64,000 bases of DNA from an uncultured Chloroflexia bacterium (GTDB lineage Bacteria; Chloroflexota; Anaerolineae; Anaerolineales; Anaerolineaceae), in NCBI GenBank assembly GCA_963753895.1, contig CAVWEE010000005.1:19036-83035 (forward strand), in the 5' to 3' direction. Of the stretch, positions 31,005-40,817 are shown in pieces. Every line of letters starts with the position of its first letter. Within the stretch, counting starts at the first letter, position 1. Under the pieces are notes generated by a model. It saw only the letters and a list, made by a program, of their open reading frames with translations. It was not told the DNA's origin and ran no database searches. The translations under genes were made by a program, and so were the position numbers.

Positions 31005-31027
31005 TATTGTAACACAAAGGAGCAGAA

Positions 31028-31591
31028 ATGAACACCACCCGTGAAAAGATTTTGACAGCTACTTCACAACTGATGGAAGCACAGGGCTATTTTGCCACCG
31101 GCTTGAATCAGATCATCGAGGAAAGCGGTTCGCCGAAAGGTTCGCTGTATTACTATTTTCCTGAGGGGAAGGAGCAGCTCACCGAAGAGGCCATCCGCCA
31201 GGCTGGGGAGCTGATTTCTGCGCAGATGGCTGCGGTGCTTGGTGCTGAAGCGAACCTTGCGGATGCATTTGGCGGCTTTGTGGAAGCATTGAGCGAGCAT
31301 GTGCAAGCATCTGACTGCCGGTTGGGCGGCCCATTGACGACGGTTGCTCTTGAGACAGCCAATACCAGCCCACGGGTTAATCAGGTTTGCCAGGAAATGT
31401 ACCGCGCATGGCGGGAGATTTTCCAGGCGAGGTTGGAGCGTGGTGGCTTTTCAGCAGAGCGGGCGGCATCGCTGGCGGTTTTTATCAATGCCGCCATTGA
31501 GGGCGGGATCATTCTCAGCCGCACCCGGCACACTGCCGAACCGTTGCTGCAAGTGGCGAAAGAACTGCGTTTGCTGCTCTCAACCGAATAG
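31028..31591 (+). CDS. TetR/AcrR-family transcriptional regulator
   Basis: Intact 187-aa ORF with an N-terminal HTH (ILTATSQLMEAQGYFATGLNQIIEESGSPKGSLYYYF). Confidence 0.9.
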   Translation: MNTTREKILTATSQLMEAQGYFATGLNQIIEESGSPKGSLYYYFPEGKEQLTEEAIRQAGELISAQMAAVLGAEANLADAFGGFVEALSEHVQASDCRLGGPLTTVALETANTSPRVNQVCQEMYRAWREIFQARLERGGFSAERAASLAVFINAAIEGGIILSRTRHTAEPLLQVAKELRLLLSTE

Positions 31592-31652
31592 AATTGTTTT
31601 CAACCGCCTGTTGCAGGCGGAACATTATTTAAGATAAATTTGGAGTTAAAAG

Positions 31653-32290
31653 ATGAAATTACTAATATTAGGTGCTTCCGGCCGTACCGGTCAACATTTG
31701 GTCCAACAGGCTTTGTCCGCAGGCCATCAGGTTACCGCCCTGGTGCGTAACCCTCAAAAACTGGATGTGAAGGATGAGTGCTCTGACAGTGGTACAGGGA
31801 GACGTCACCGATGCAGCGGCTGTCAGCAAGGCTGCCGCAGGCAATGAAGTGGTGCTCTCGGCCTTGGGGCCGACCCGCACGTCCGGCGAGGACATGCTGC
31901 AAACGGCAGTCAGGAACACGATTGCTGCGATGCAGGAACATGGCATGCGCCGCGATGATTGTGGTCACCGGGGCCGGGGTCAGCGACCCGCAGGACAACC
32001 CGCAATTCTGGAACCGGATCATGTCTGGACTGTTGAATTTGCTGGCAAAGCGTGTGCTGGCGGATTCGCTGGGCGCGGCCAATTTGCTGCGCGCGTCCGG
32101 GCTGGATTGGACGATGGTGCGCGTGCCGGTGTTGACCGATGATCCCTCGGCAGGAGAACCGTGGGTAGGTTACGTGGGCAAAGGCATGGGCGGCCGAATC
32201 CCGCGTGCCGATGTGGCCGCTTTCATGCTCCAGCAGGTGACGGATGACAGTTGGGTGCAAAAATCGCCGGTGATCACGTCGCAGCGTTGA
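31653..32290 (+). pseudogene. NAD(P)H-binding (BVR-B/atypical SDR-like) protein, two frame breaks as sequenced
   Basis: MKLLILGASGRTGQHLV is in ORF 31653..31847. The sequence continues in 31774..32142 (LTVVQGDVTDAAAV) and 31811..32290 (MIVVTGAGVSDP ... DWTMVRVPVLTDD). Confidence 0.8.
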
Positions 32291-32396
32291 GCTTCCCGGC
32301 TATGTTTTCAAGGTAAATAGAAAACCACATCCTGAGATTATTTCAGGATGTGGTTTTTGTCTACTTGGCTGCAACACTACAAAGCAGGAAATTTTT

Positions 32397-33008
32397 TCAG
32401 CTCGCTTTGTTGCCAATCGCAGGCCGCAGGGTGTCGCCGATGCCATGCATGAGTAATTGGTAATACTGGTCGGCTATTTCCTGCGGCGAAAAGGGCATTT
32501 CGTTTTCCAGCCACCAGATAACGATCCCCAGCAGCGAGGTGGAGAAAAACTGGATCAGCAGCGGCAGGGGCAAGGACAGGGAGGCGGCATTGCCGCCAAG
32601 TTGTTGCAGTGCAATTTCAAATCCCTGGGTGATATGGTGATTGATGATCTCCTGGACACGCCCGGCGGTGGTTTCTACCCCGTGGCCTTGCAGCAGGATC
32701 TGATAAAATTCGGCGTTTTCGGCGGCGTGTTCAAAGATCAGCTCTGTGGCTGGTTTGAGCTTGCCCACCCCTGGCTGGAAAGCGTCCAGGCGCTGCACCA
32801 GTTCGGCGGCAACTTCGTCTATGGATTGGGTGAGCAGGTCATCCTTGTCTTTATAGTGCAGGTAGAAGGTGGTGCGTCCGAGATCGGCGTGTTCGGTGAT
32901 GTCGCTGATCGTGATGGCGTCGTAGCCCTGTTTGAGGATCAGATCCCACAGGGAGTCGCGCAGTTGGGCGCGGGTGCGGGTGATACGGCGGTCCTGTTTC
33001 ATGAACAA
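32397..33008 (-). CDS. TetR-family transcriptional regulator
   Basis: Intact 203-aa ORF with HTH LILKQGYDAITISDITEHADLGRTTFYLHY. Divergent from the ABC operon at 33144. Confidence 0.9.
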   Translation of the reverse strand: MFMKQDRRITRTRAQLRDSLWDLILKQGYDAITISDITEHADLGRTTFYLHYKDKDDLLTQSIDEVAAELVQRLDAFQPGVGKLKPATELIFEHAAENAEFYQILLQGHGVETTAGRVQEIINHHITQGFEIALQQLGGNAASLSLPLPLLIQFFSTSLLGIVIWWLENEMPFSPQEIADQYYQLLMHGIGDTLRPAIGNKAS

Positions 33009-33054
33009 CTCCTGTGTCTGTGTCTATTATTGAACAGGTTGGTTAGATTGCTGA

Positions 33055-33118
33055 TTGACATGGATTGAAGTTTGGTTATAATATGAACACAATGTAAGAT
33101 AATATACATTATGTTCAT
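33055..33118 (+). promoter_or_regulatory. Promoter plus 14-bp-arm inverted repeat (candidate TetR operator)
   Basis: TTGACA (33055..33060), 16 nt, TATAAT (33077..33082). ATGAACACAATGTA (33083..33096) and TACATTATGTTCAT (33105..33118) form an inverted repeat with one mismatch, directly after the -10. Confidence 0.6.
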
Positions 33119-33143
33119 TATTATACCCGTTTAATTGAGAAAA

Positions 33144-33896
33144 ATGAATAATCCCGACAAAGCTCAACCCCAGCCAAACGCCCTGCCTGCTGATCTTACG
33201 CCATTGATCCAGATGCGCGGGGTGACGAAGACCTACGCTTCCGGCGGCCGCCCGGTGCAGGCGTTAAAAGACCTTGACCTGTCGATTGATGCCGGTGAGT
33301 TCGTGTGCATTTTTGGCAAGTCCGGGGCGGGCAAGACGACGCTGATCAATATGATCACCGGCGTGGATGATCTCACATCGGGCGAGGTGATCGTGGGCGG
33401 GGTGTCGCTGCATGGCTTGAGCGAAACCGAGATGGCCCAGTGGCGCGGGGAAAATCTGGGGGTGATCTACCAGTCTTTTCACCTGATGCCGACCCTGACC
33501 CTGCTGCAAAATGTGATGCTGCCGATGGATTTTTGCGGGCAGTACCATCCGCTGCGCAGTCCGCGCAAGGCGATGGATTTGCTGTGTCAGGTGGAACTGG
33601 AAGAACACATGCACAAGCCGCCGTCGAAGATCTCCGGCGGGCAGCAGCAGCGGGTTGCCATCGCCCGCGCCTTGGCCAATGATCCGCCGATCATCGTGGC
33701 GGATGAACCCACGGGCCGCCTGGATTCGGTGACGGCGGAGACGATTTTCAGTATTTTTGAGGTGCTTGTCCGCCAGGGGAAGACGGTGGTGATGGTAACT
33801 CATGATGAGAGCTTTGCTCACCGTGTGTCGCGCAGCATTCATCTGGCGGATGGGCGGATTGTTTTTGACAGCAAGCAAAATGGAGGGTTGGCATGA
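33144..33896 (+). CDS. ABC transporter ATP-binding protein (MacB/LolD-like)
   Basis: ORF 33135..33896, ATG at 33144. Walker [10 protein letters not shown], signature [15 protein letters not shown], Walker [10 protein letters not shown]-loop VTHD. Confidence 0.9.
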   Translation: MNNPDKAQPQPNALPADLTPLIQMRGVTKTYASGGRPVQALKDLDLSIDAGEFVCIFGKSGAGKTTLINMITGVDDLTSGEVIVGGVSLHGLSETEMAQWRGENLGVIYQSFHLMPTLTLLQNVMLPMDFCGQYHPLRSPRKAMDLLCQVELEEHMHKPPSKISGGQQQRVAIARALANDPPIIVADEPTGRLDSVTAETIFSIFEVLVRQGKTVVMVTHDESFAHRVSRSIHLADGRIVFDSKQNGGLA

Positions 33897-34945
33897 GCGC
33901 GCTGCCAAATGCCAACATGAAGCCACTGATCGAGATGGTTGATGTGGTCAAGACCTTTTCCAGCGCGGCGGGGAATTTCACCGCCCTGAAGCAGGTCTCC
34001 AACACCATCTATCAGGGCGAATTTGTGAGCATCATCGGCAAATCGGGCAGCGGCAAGTCGACCCTGGTGAATATGATCACGGGCATCGATCATCCCACTT
34101 CAGGGAAGGTGCTGGTGGGCGGGGTCAGTGTGACCGAAATGAAGGAAAGCGAGAGCGCCCTGTGGCGGGGCAAAAATCTGGGGGTGGTGTTCCAGTTCTT
34201 TCAATTGCTGCCGATCCTGTCTTTGTTGGAAAACGTTGTCCTGCCGATGGATTTTTGCAATCTGTATGACCTTGATGAACGGGAAGATCGGGCGTTGGAA
34301 CTCCTGAAACTGGTGGGGCTGGAAAATGAGGCACACAGCCTGCCGGCGGCGGTCTCTGGCGGGCAGATGCAGTGTGCCGCCATTGCGCGGGCACTGGCGA
34401 ATGATCCGCCGGTCATCCTGGCGGATGAACCCACCGGCAATCTGGATTCCAAAACCGCGGCGCAGGTGATGGATTTGTTTGAAGGGATGAAGCAGCGCGG
34501 CAAGACGATCGTGATGGTGACGCATGACCGCAGCCTGGCGCAGCGCGCCACGCGTACCATCCTCATCACAGATGGTGAGATGGTCGAGGCAGACATTGCC
34601 CGCACGCTGCCGATGCTGCCCTATGCGCACATGGAGCGGCTTGCGGAATGCTGGCAGACGCTGGAATTTGCGCCCGATGCACCGATCGTGCTGGAACGTC
34701 CCTTGTATATGATCCAGTCCGGTGCGGTGCTTGCGTCCGGCAGGGTCGTGCTGCACCCCGGAGACTGTGTCAGCATTTTTGACCTGAAATTCCTGTCGGA
34801 GCATGAGATTGGTTTGCAGGCCGGGGATACGCCGCTGCAATTGCTCAGTCTGACAGCAGAGCAATACGAGGATTGGGTTGCTTCTGTCCCTGCTGCTTTG
34901 GCGCGCCTGCGGGAATTGGCGGCAAACCGCTGGGGGCAGGGATGA
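33893..34945 (+). CDS. ABC transporter ATP-binding protein with extra ~120-aa C-terminal domain (cyclic-nucleotide-binding/cupin-like, tentative)
   Basis: Intact 350-aa ORF. Walker A GKSGSGKST, atypical signature VSGGQMQCAAIARAL, Walker B ILADEPT. The C-terminal extension contains LYMIQSGAV ... LHPGDCVSIFDL. The start overlaps the previous stop and the stop overlaps the next start (ATGA). Confidence 0.8.
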   Translation: MSALPNANMKPLIEMVDVVKTFSSAAGNFTALKQVSNTIYQGEFVSIIGKSGSGKSTLVNMITGIDHPTSGKVLVGGVSVTEMKESESALWRGKNLGVVFQFFQLLPILSLLENVVLPMDFCNLYDLDEREDRALELLKLVGLENEAHSLPAAVSGGQMQCAAIARALANDPPVILADEPTGNLDSKTAAQVMDLFEGMKQRGKTIVMVTHDRSLAQRATRTILITDGEMVEADIARTLPMLPYAHMERLAECWQTLEFAPDAPIVLERPLYMIQSGAVLASGRVVLHPGDCVSIFDLKFLSEHEIGLQAGDTPLQLLSLTAEQYEDWVASVPAALARLRELAANRWGQG

Positions 34946-37376
34946 TCCCCTCTGAACGCCCGATGATGCGTCCGCGCTGGAGCAAGGTGCTGCAGGACCT
35001 GTGGGGGAACCGCACCCGCTCGGCGCTGGTCATCCTGTCCATTGCGGTGGGCTTGTTTGCCCTGGGTATGATCGTGACCATTGATCAGGTGATCGAAACC
35101 GATCGGGATGTTAGTTATCGGGCCATCCATCCGGCCAATATTTATCTTTCGCTGGCCGGTTTTGACGAAACATTGCTGAGCAAAGCTGCTCATCAGGACG
35201 GGGTAGATCGGGCGCAGGCATTGCGCATAGCCTCATTCCGGGCGCAGGCCATTGATGGACAGTGGATCGCACTGGATATCAATGCAGTCGATGATTTCAG
35301 GCAGCAGCAGGTCAATATGCTGACCTTGCTCGAAGGCCGCTTGCCTGTGAATCGCTATGAAATTGTCATCGATCAGTTTAAACTGGATGAACTGGGTTAT
35401 GCTGTGGGGGATACTTTTCAAGTCGAGCTTGTGGATGGTCAAACCCGTTCCCTGACACTGGTCGGCATTGTGCAGGATCAGACCATCGGAGCAGCCAGTG
35501 GCGGCGGCAGCTTTTTCCTTGCGCCGGTGCAGGGCTATGTGCAGATGGATGCCATGCCCAGGCTGGGCCAGCCGCAGGTTTATAACACGCTGCTTGGTCA
35601 CCGCATCCAATGGCGGTGATGATCTGGACAGTCTCAATCGATTGAACGAGGAACTGCAGGATATGGTCAAGCATGCCCATCTGGAATTGCTCAGTTCCAG
35701 CGTCCGGCGCAGCAGTGACCATCCCACATCCATTTATGCGAACACAATTGGGAATATTCTCATTTTCCTGGGCCTGTTCATCGTCTTTTTAAGCGGCTCC
35801 CTGATCAGTAATACTCTGACGGCGCTGCTCAACCAGCAGCGCGAGCAGATTGGCATCATGAAGAGTTTTGGGGCAAGCAGCAAACAAATCATCCTGATGT
35901 ATGTGCTGCTGTTGTTTGTGCTGGGTCTGCTTGGCTTGATGATCTCTATCCCGCTCTCCTATTGGGGGGCTTATCAGGTGCTGAATGGTCTCATTGCTGC
36001 GTTGAATTATCAGTTGCAGCCGAAGCATTTCGTTTTTTCGGCCGTCCTTGTTCAGGCATTGGTGGCATTTATCGTGCCGCAGTTGGCGGGTTTGTTCCCC
36101 GTGCTGCAAGGAACGCGGGTCAAGATCCAGGACGCCTTGAGCGGCTTTGGCGGTGAGGTGCCCCAGGCGGATACCGGCCTGGGTAGATTTCTGAGCCGTT
36201 TCCGCAAACTTTCCCGCCCCATGCGGATTTCTTTGCGTAATACCTTCCGTCGAAAAGGCCGTCTCATTCTGACATTGGTCACCCTCTCTCTCGGCGGGGC
36301 CATCTTTATTGCCACGTTAAGCGTGCGTGCTTCGCTGGATGCGTATATGGATCAAGTCGGGCGTTATTATCTGGCGGATATCAACATCACCATGAGCCGG
36401 CCCTACCGCATCAGCCAGATTGAGCATTATCTATCCTCTATCTCCGGGATCGAGGAAGTTGAAGGCTGGACCATTGCGCGCTGTGAAATGCCCGGAAGGG
36501 ATGAGGATATGTCCGGCACATCGGTAACGATCATGGCGCCGCCGATAAATAGTCCCATGGTTGAGCCGATCCTGATTTCCGGCCGCTGGATCGAGAATGC
36601 TGGTAAAAACGAGATTGCCCTGAACGAACAGTTCCTGAATGATTTTCCCGATTTGAGCGTAGGGGAACTGCTCGAGCTGCGGGTCAATGGCGAGACGACC
36701 GAGTGGAAAGTGGTTGGTTTCTTTCAACTGGCAGGCAAGAGCGCCGGGTATATTACCTATACGGATTATGATTCGCTGGTCAAGGAGATCGATCAGCAGG
36801 AGCAGGCGATCGTTTTCCGCATCAAGCTGGATGAAGAGCAGGTCCCGCTTGATGAGCAGGCCTGGTTTCGCAGCCAGTTGAATGCCTATCTGGATGACAA
36901 AGGGGTGCGCATCCGTGATATGCAGGGCGGTTCTTCATTGCAGGAAGCCGCCACGGATGGGCTGGATATCATTACCCAGTTTTTGATGATCATGTCTGTC
37001 CTCACTGCTCTGGTGGGCAGTATTGGCCTGACCGGAACGATGAGCATGAATGTGATCGACCGCACGCGGGAGATCGGTATTATGCGTGCCATCGGTGCCC
37101 ATGACAAGGTCATCACCCAGATGGTGATCGTCGAGGGCCTGTTGATTGGTTTGATGAGCTGGTTTTTGGGCGGATTGCTTTCCATTGCCCATCAGCCGGG
37201 GGTTATCCAATACGATCAGCTATGCCTTGTTTGATGTGCCGGCTACCTATTCATTTTCCGCGATCGGATTTGTGTACTGGTTTGTGATTGCTGTTGTCCT
37301 GGCGGTGGTTGCCAGCATTCTGCCGGCGCGCAGCGCCACGCATTTGACGATCCGCGAGGCGATATCGTACGAGTAG
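34942..37376 (+). pseudogene. Large (~810 aa) double-FtsX-domain ABC transporter permease, two frame breaks as sequenced
   Basis: RWSKVLQDLWGNRTRSALVILSIAVGLFALGM is in ORF 34873..35619. The sequence continues in ORF 35468..37234 (QQREQIGIMKSFGAS; DRTREIGIMRAIGAH) and 37185..37376. Breaks are near 35590 and 37200. Confidence 0.85.
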
Positions 37377-37383
37377 AAATCAC

Positions 37384-37460
37384 CACACCCCCTCCTACCC
37401 TCCTCCGCATTTTGCGTGAGCTGCAAATTAGGGGAGGCACTTATTGAGCTTGTTTGACTG
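37384..37460 (+). repeat. Hairpin repeat family, divergent copy E (8 nt after the permease stop)
   Basis: CACACCCCCTCCTACCCTCCTCC ... GGGGAGGCACTTATTGAGCTTGTTTG. The flanks resemble copies B and C, but the central hairpin differs. Confidence 0.45.
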
Positions 37461-37611
37461 ACGTCTTCGTAAAGATAATTGCCACATTTTCAGTAGTGGC
37501 GAGGCCCGCTTCGCCAGTCTTCAATCTGCAAAAATTTTCCATCGAATGAAAACAACATATGTCTGCTTTTCTCGCGAAGGTTAACATTTTGTGATTTTCG
37601 CGAAAAACCTG

Positions 37612-37662
37612 TTGACTTTCCTTTCAAAAATCTGTATACTAGAGATTGGACGTCCAACCTCT
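37612..37662 (+). promoter_or_regulatory. Promoter plus 22-bp palindrome (candidate GntR/HutC operator)
   Basis: TTGACT (37612..37617), 17 nt, TATACT (37635..37640). It is immediately followed by AGAGATTGGAC|GTCCAACCTCT (37641..37662, one mismatch). Confidence 0.6.
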
Positions 37663-37690
37663 CAATAATAAAAGTGAAAATGTGGTGAAA

Positions 37691-38422
37691 ATGGCGATCA
37701 ATACTGGCAGTCGTATCCAGCAAGTGAAGGCATATTTACTGAATTACATTGAGCGCAATCAGTTGAAGCGCAATGACCAGCTGCCATCAGAGGCATCGAT
37801 TGCCAAAACACTGGGGGTCAGCCGCAATACATTGCGCGAGGCGTATGTTTCGCTGGAAAATGAGGGCGTGATTGTCCGGCGGCACGGGATTGGCACGTTT
37901 GTCGCCCAGGCGCCTTATATCAGCGACTCGCTGAATGATTTTTTGCCCTTCGCACAGATCATCGAAGATGTCGGCTATACCCCGCATTTCAAAACTCTTT
38001 CCATTAACCATATCAATGCTTCGTCAGATATTTGCGATGAGTTGGATGTGCTGGCTTCAACATCCGTTTTTCACATCAAGCGCATTGTGCTGGCTGACCA
38101 GCAGCCCGCGATTTATGTTGACGATTATTTGTCCCCGCTGGTGGAAGCGGAAGCCATCGATTGGGACAATTTTAAAGGCAATATGGTGGAAGTGCTTTCT
38201 TCTACTTTCGGTACTCCGCTGCATCAAATCCAATCCAGGATCCGCGCTGCCGCGGTGCCGCCGGAAATTTCGGAATGCTTGCAGCTTCCTGAAGGCACAC
38301 CTGTTCTTTCCATTGGTTCGACAATTTTTGCTGAGGATAACAAACCGGTAGCCTACAGCAAGATTTGTTTCAATTCCAATATTATGGAATTGAATATTGT
38401 GCGGATGATCCGCAAAAAATAG
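37691..38422 (+). CDS. GntR-family (HutC subfamily, UTRA domain) transcriptional regulator
   Basis: ORF 37646..38422; start likely ATG 37691. wHTH LPSEASIAKTLGVSRNTLREAYVSLENEGVIVRRHGIGTFV plus a UTRA-like C-terminal domain. Confidence 0.85.
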   Translation: MAINTGSRIQQVKAYLLNYIERNQLKRNDQLPSEASIAKTLGVSRNTLREAYVSLENEGVIVRRHGIGTFVAQAPYISDSLNDFLPFAQIIEDVGYTPHFKTLSINHINASSDICDELDVLASTSVFHIKRIVLADQQPAIYVDDYLSPLVEAEAIDWDNFKGNMVEVLSSTFGTPLHQIQSRIRAAAVPPEISECLQLPEGTPVLSIGSTIFAEDNKPVAYSKICFNSNIMELNIVRMIRKK

Positions 38423-38449
38423 TCCCTGTTCTAGAAAAAGGAAAAAAAG

Positions 38450-39847
38450 ATGAGCACACCTAAACGAATGTTGTTTGTCCTGTTGATCTTGATGCTTGGT
38501 TTATTGTCCGCCTGCACACCGGCTGCCCCTGCCGAAGCGCCGATGGAGGAAGCTCCTGCCGAAGAAGCAGCTCCGGTTGAAGAAGCGGCCCCGGTCGAAG
38601 AAGAGGCAGCTCCTGTTGAGGAAGAACCTGCAATGGAACCGGTTACCATTCAGGTGTTCTATCCAGTCGCAGTGGACGCCCCCATTGCTGCCATTCTGCA
38701 AGGCTATATTGATGACTTCCAGGCGGAATATCCGTATATCACCGTAGAACCGGTCTTCTCCGGCGGCTATGGCGATGTGCAGACGGCCATTCAGACCACC
38801 ATTGATGGCGGCGGCGAACCGCCCGCGCTGGCAGTGATGCTGGCTACCGCGATCTATGACCTGATCAATGCCGATTACATCGTTCCTTTGGATGGCTATA
38901 TTGCTGGCATGGATGGCGGCGATGCCTATGTGGATGATTTCCTGCCCGCATTCCTGGCTAATTCTTATTACGACGACCAGCTTTGGAGCGTTCCCTTCCA
39001 GCGCAGTGCTGTAGTGATGTATTACAACGTTGATATGTTCAAGGAAGCTGGGCTGGAACCGCCCACAAGCTGGCAAACCTGGGCCGAAGCCGCACAGGCT
39101 TTGACTGTTCAGGATGGTGACGTGACCAATTATGGTCTGCACTTCTCCTCTGATTGGCCGTACTGGCTCTTCCAGCCCCTGGCGATTGGCGCCGGGCAGA
39201 ATATCCTGGATGATGACTGCACGGTTACCTTTGATGATCCTGCTGTGATCGAAGCTGTTCAGTTCTACATTGATCTTTCCGCCGAGTATGGTGCCATGCC
39301 CGCCGGGGTGCAGGCCAGCTGGCCGACGGATCCCCCGGATCTGGCAAGCGGCGCCACGGCAATGATCGTGCACTCTTCCGGCAGTTTGACTGGTTTGCTG
39401 GAACAGGCTGACTTCGAGCTGGGTGTAATGCCCTATCCTGGCAAGGAAGAAGGCACCACGGCCAGCGTTCCTGGTGGCGGCAATATTTATATGATGAACG
39501 GCGTTTCCCCCGAAAAGCAGGATGCTGCCTGGAAATTTGTGGAATTCATCACCCGCCCCGACTATGTAGCTGATTTCAGCATCAACACTGGCTATATTGC
39601 CAATCGCTATAGCGCTTATGACACTGATGCCATGCAGGCTTACGTTGCTGACGTGCCTCAGGCTCTGTTGACCCGTGATGCCCTGCAATCTGCCGGCGCC
39701 GAACTGGCAACCCAGAATCTGGGTCAGGTACGTGGTATTTTCCACGATTACCTGCAGCGGGCGATCAATGGTGAGATGGGTGCTGCAGAGGCCATGCAGG
39801 CCGCCCAGGCCGAAGCGGAAGCTGCCCTGGCGGATTTCTGCGAATAA
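38450..39847 (+). CDS. Sugar ABC transporter substrate-binding lipoprotein (family 1 SBP)
   Basis: Intact 465-aa ORF with lipobox LLSAC, then an acidic Pro/Ala/Glu linker and an SBP_bac_1-like body. Confidence 0.85.
   Translation: MSTPKRMLFVLLILMLGLLSACTPAAPAEAPMEEAPAEEAAPVEEAAPVEEEAAPVEEEPAMEPVTIQVFYPVAVDAPIAAILQGYIDDFQAEYPYITVEPVFSGGYGDVQTAIQTTIDGGGEPPALAVMLATAIYDLINADYIVPLDGYIAGMDGGDAYVDDFLPAFLANSYYDDQLWSVPFQRSAVVMYYNVDMFKEAGLEPPTSWQTWAEAAQALTVQDGDVTNYGLHFSSDWPYWLFQPLAIGAGQNILDDDCTVTFDDPAVIEAVQFYIDLSAEYGAMPAGVQASWPTDPPDLASGATAMIVHSSGSLTGLLEQADFELGVMPYPGKEEGTTASVPGGGNIYMMNGVSPEKQDAAWKFVEFITRPDYVADFSINTGYIANRYSAYDTDAMQAYVADVPQALLTRDALQSAGAELATQNLGQVRGIFHDYLQRAINGEMGAAEAMQAAQAEAEAALADFCE
38561..38632 (+). 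repeat. Tandem 18/18/21-nt coding repeats (EEAAPV linker)
   Basis: GAAGAAGCAGCTCCGGTT / GAAGAAGCGGCCCCGGTC / GAAGAAGAGGCAGCTCCTGTT, encoding EEAAPV-EEAAPV-EEEAAPV. Confidence 0.8.
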
Positions 39848-39874
39848 GAATCACGTAACCCCGAATGATCTATA

Positions 39875-40816
39875 ATGGGGGTGACCATTATGGTCACCCC
39901 CGATGTTTCCAAGGAGCTTGCCGTGCAAACCCAGGCTGCCCGCAAACCATTCAAACCCCTGCCGTATCTCCTTATTCTGCCAACAGCAGTTTTTGTCGCC
40001 GTGTTCACCGTGTGGCCGGTGCTGCTTTCTGTGTACCAAAGTTTCTTCCGCCAGCGGATGAACATTGCCAAATTTCGGGAACCGTCCTGGATCGGTCTCG
40101 GGAATTATATTGAGCTGTTTCAGGATCCTTATTTCATCAAGGTCATCAGCAATACGTTGAAGTACATCATCGGCACAGTACCGATCAGTATCATTTTAGG
40201 GTTCCTGTTTGCCTTGCTGGTCAACCGAAAAGTGCGCGGGGTGGGCTTCTTTCGTCTGGCTTTCTTTCATCCAATGGTGCTGCCAATGGTCAGTGCGGCA
40301 ACTATCTGGCTGTTTTTCTTCACTCCTGATTATGGCCTGTTCAATACTGCGCTGCGCTTTTTGGGCTACAGCGGCCCGCAAAACTGGACGGGCAATCCTG
40401 ATCTGGCGTTATTATCCGTCATCATTGTAGCGATCTGGAAAAATTCCGGCTATTATATGATTTTTTATCTGGCAGGGCTGCAAAACCTGCCGGGGGATGT
40501 TTTTGAAGCAGCGGCATTGGACGGCGCCAGCGACTGGCAAACCCTGTGGAAGATCACTTTCCCCCTGCTGCGCCGCACGACCCTTTTCATCAGCACGGTG
40601 GCTTTCATTGATGCCTTCCGCACGATCGACCATATCTTCGTTCTTACCGCAGGCGGCCCCAGCCGGGGCAGTACAGTGCTGCTGTTTGAACTATGGTCAC
40701 AGCGTTTTGAGTACCAGGATATTGGCATTTCAGCGGCGATCACGGTCATTTTTGTGGTCATTCTGCTGGCCTTCACTATCACTAATTTCATTGTATCTGA
40801 GCGGAAGGAGGCCTGA
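39875..40816 (+). CDS. Sugar ABC transporter permease (MalF/BPD_transp_1 type)
   Basis: Intact 313-aa ORF with EAA-loop region AAALDGASDWQTLWKITFPLL. Confidence 0.9.
   Translation: MGVTIMVTPDVSKELAVQTQAARKPFKPLPYLLILPTAVFVAVFTVWPVLLSVYQSFFRQRMNIAKFREPSWIGLGNYIELFQDPYFIKVISNTLKYIIGTVPISIILGFLFALLVNRKVRGVGFFRLAFFHPMVLPMVSAATIWLFFFTPDYGLFNTALRFLGYSGPQNWTGNPDLALLSVIIVAIWKNSGYYMIFYLAGLQNLPGDVFEAAALDGASDWQTLWKITFPLLRRTTLFISTVAFIDAFRTIDHIFVLTAGGPSRGSTVLLFELWSQRFEYQDIGISAAITVIFVVILLAFTITNFIVSERKEA
39877..39899 (+). promoter_or_regulatory. Perfect 10-bp-stem intercistronic hairpin over the permease start codons
   Basis: GGGGTGACCA-tta-TGGTCACCCC. It begins 2 nt after the A of ATG 39875 and contains the in-frame ATG 39890. 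Confidence 0.6.
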
Positions 40817-40817
40817 C

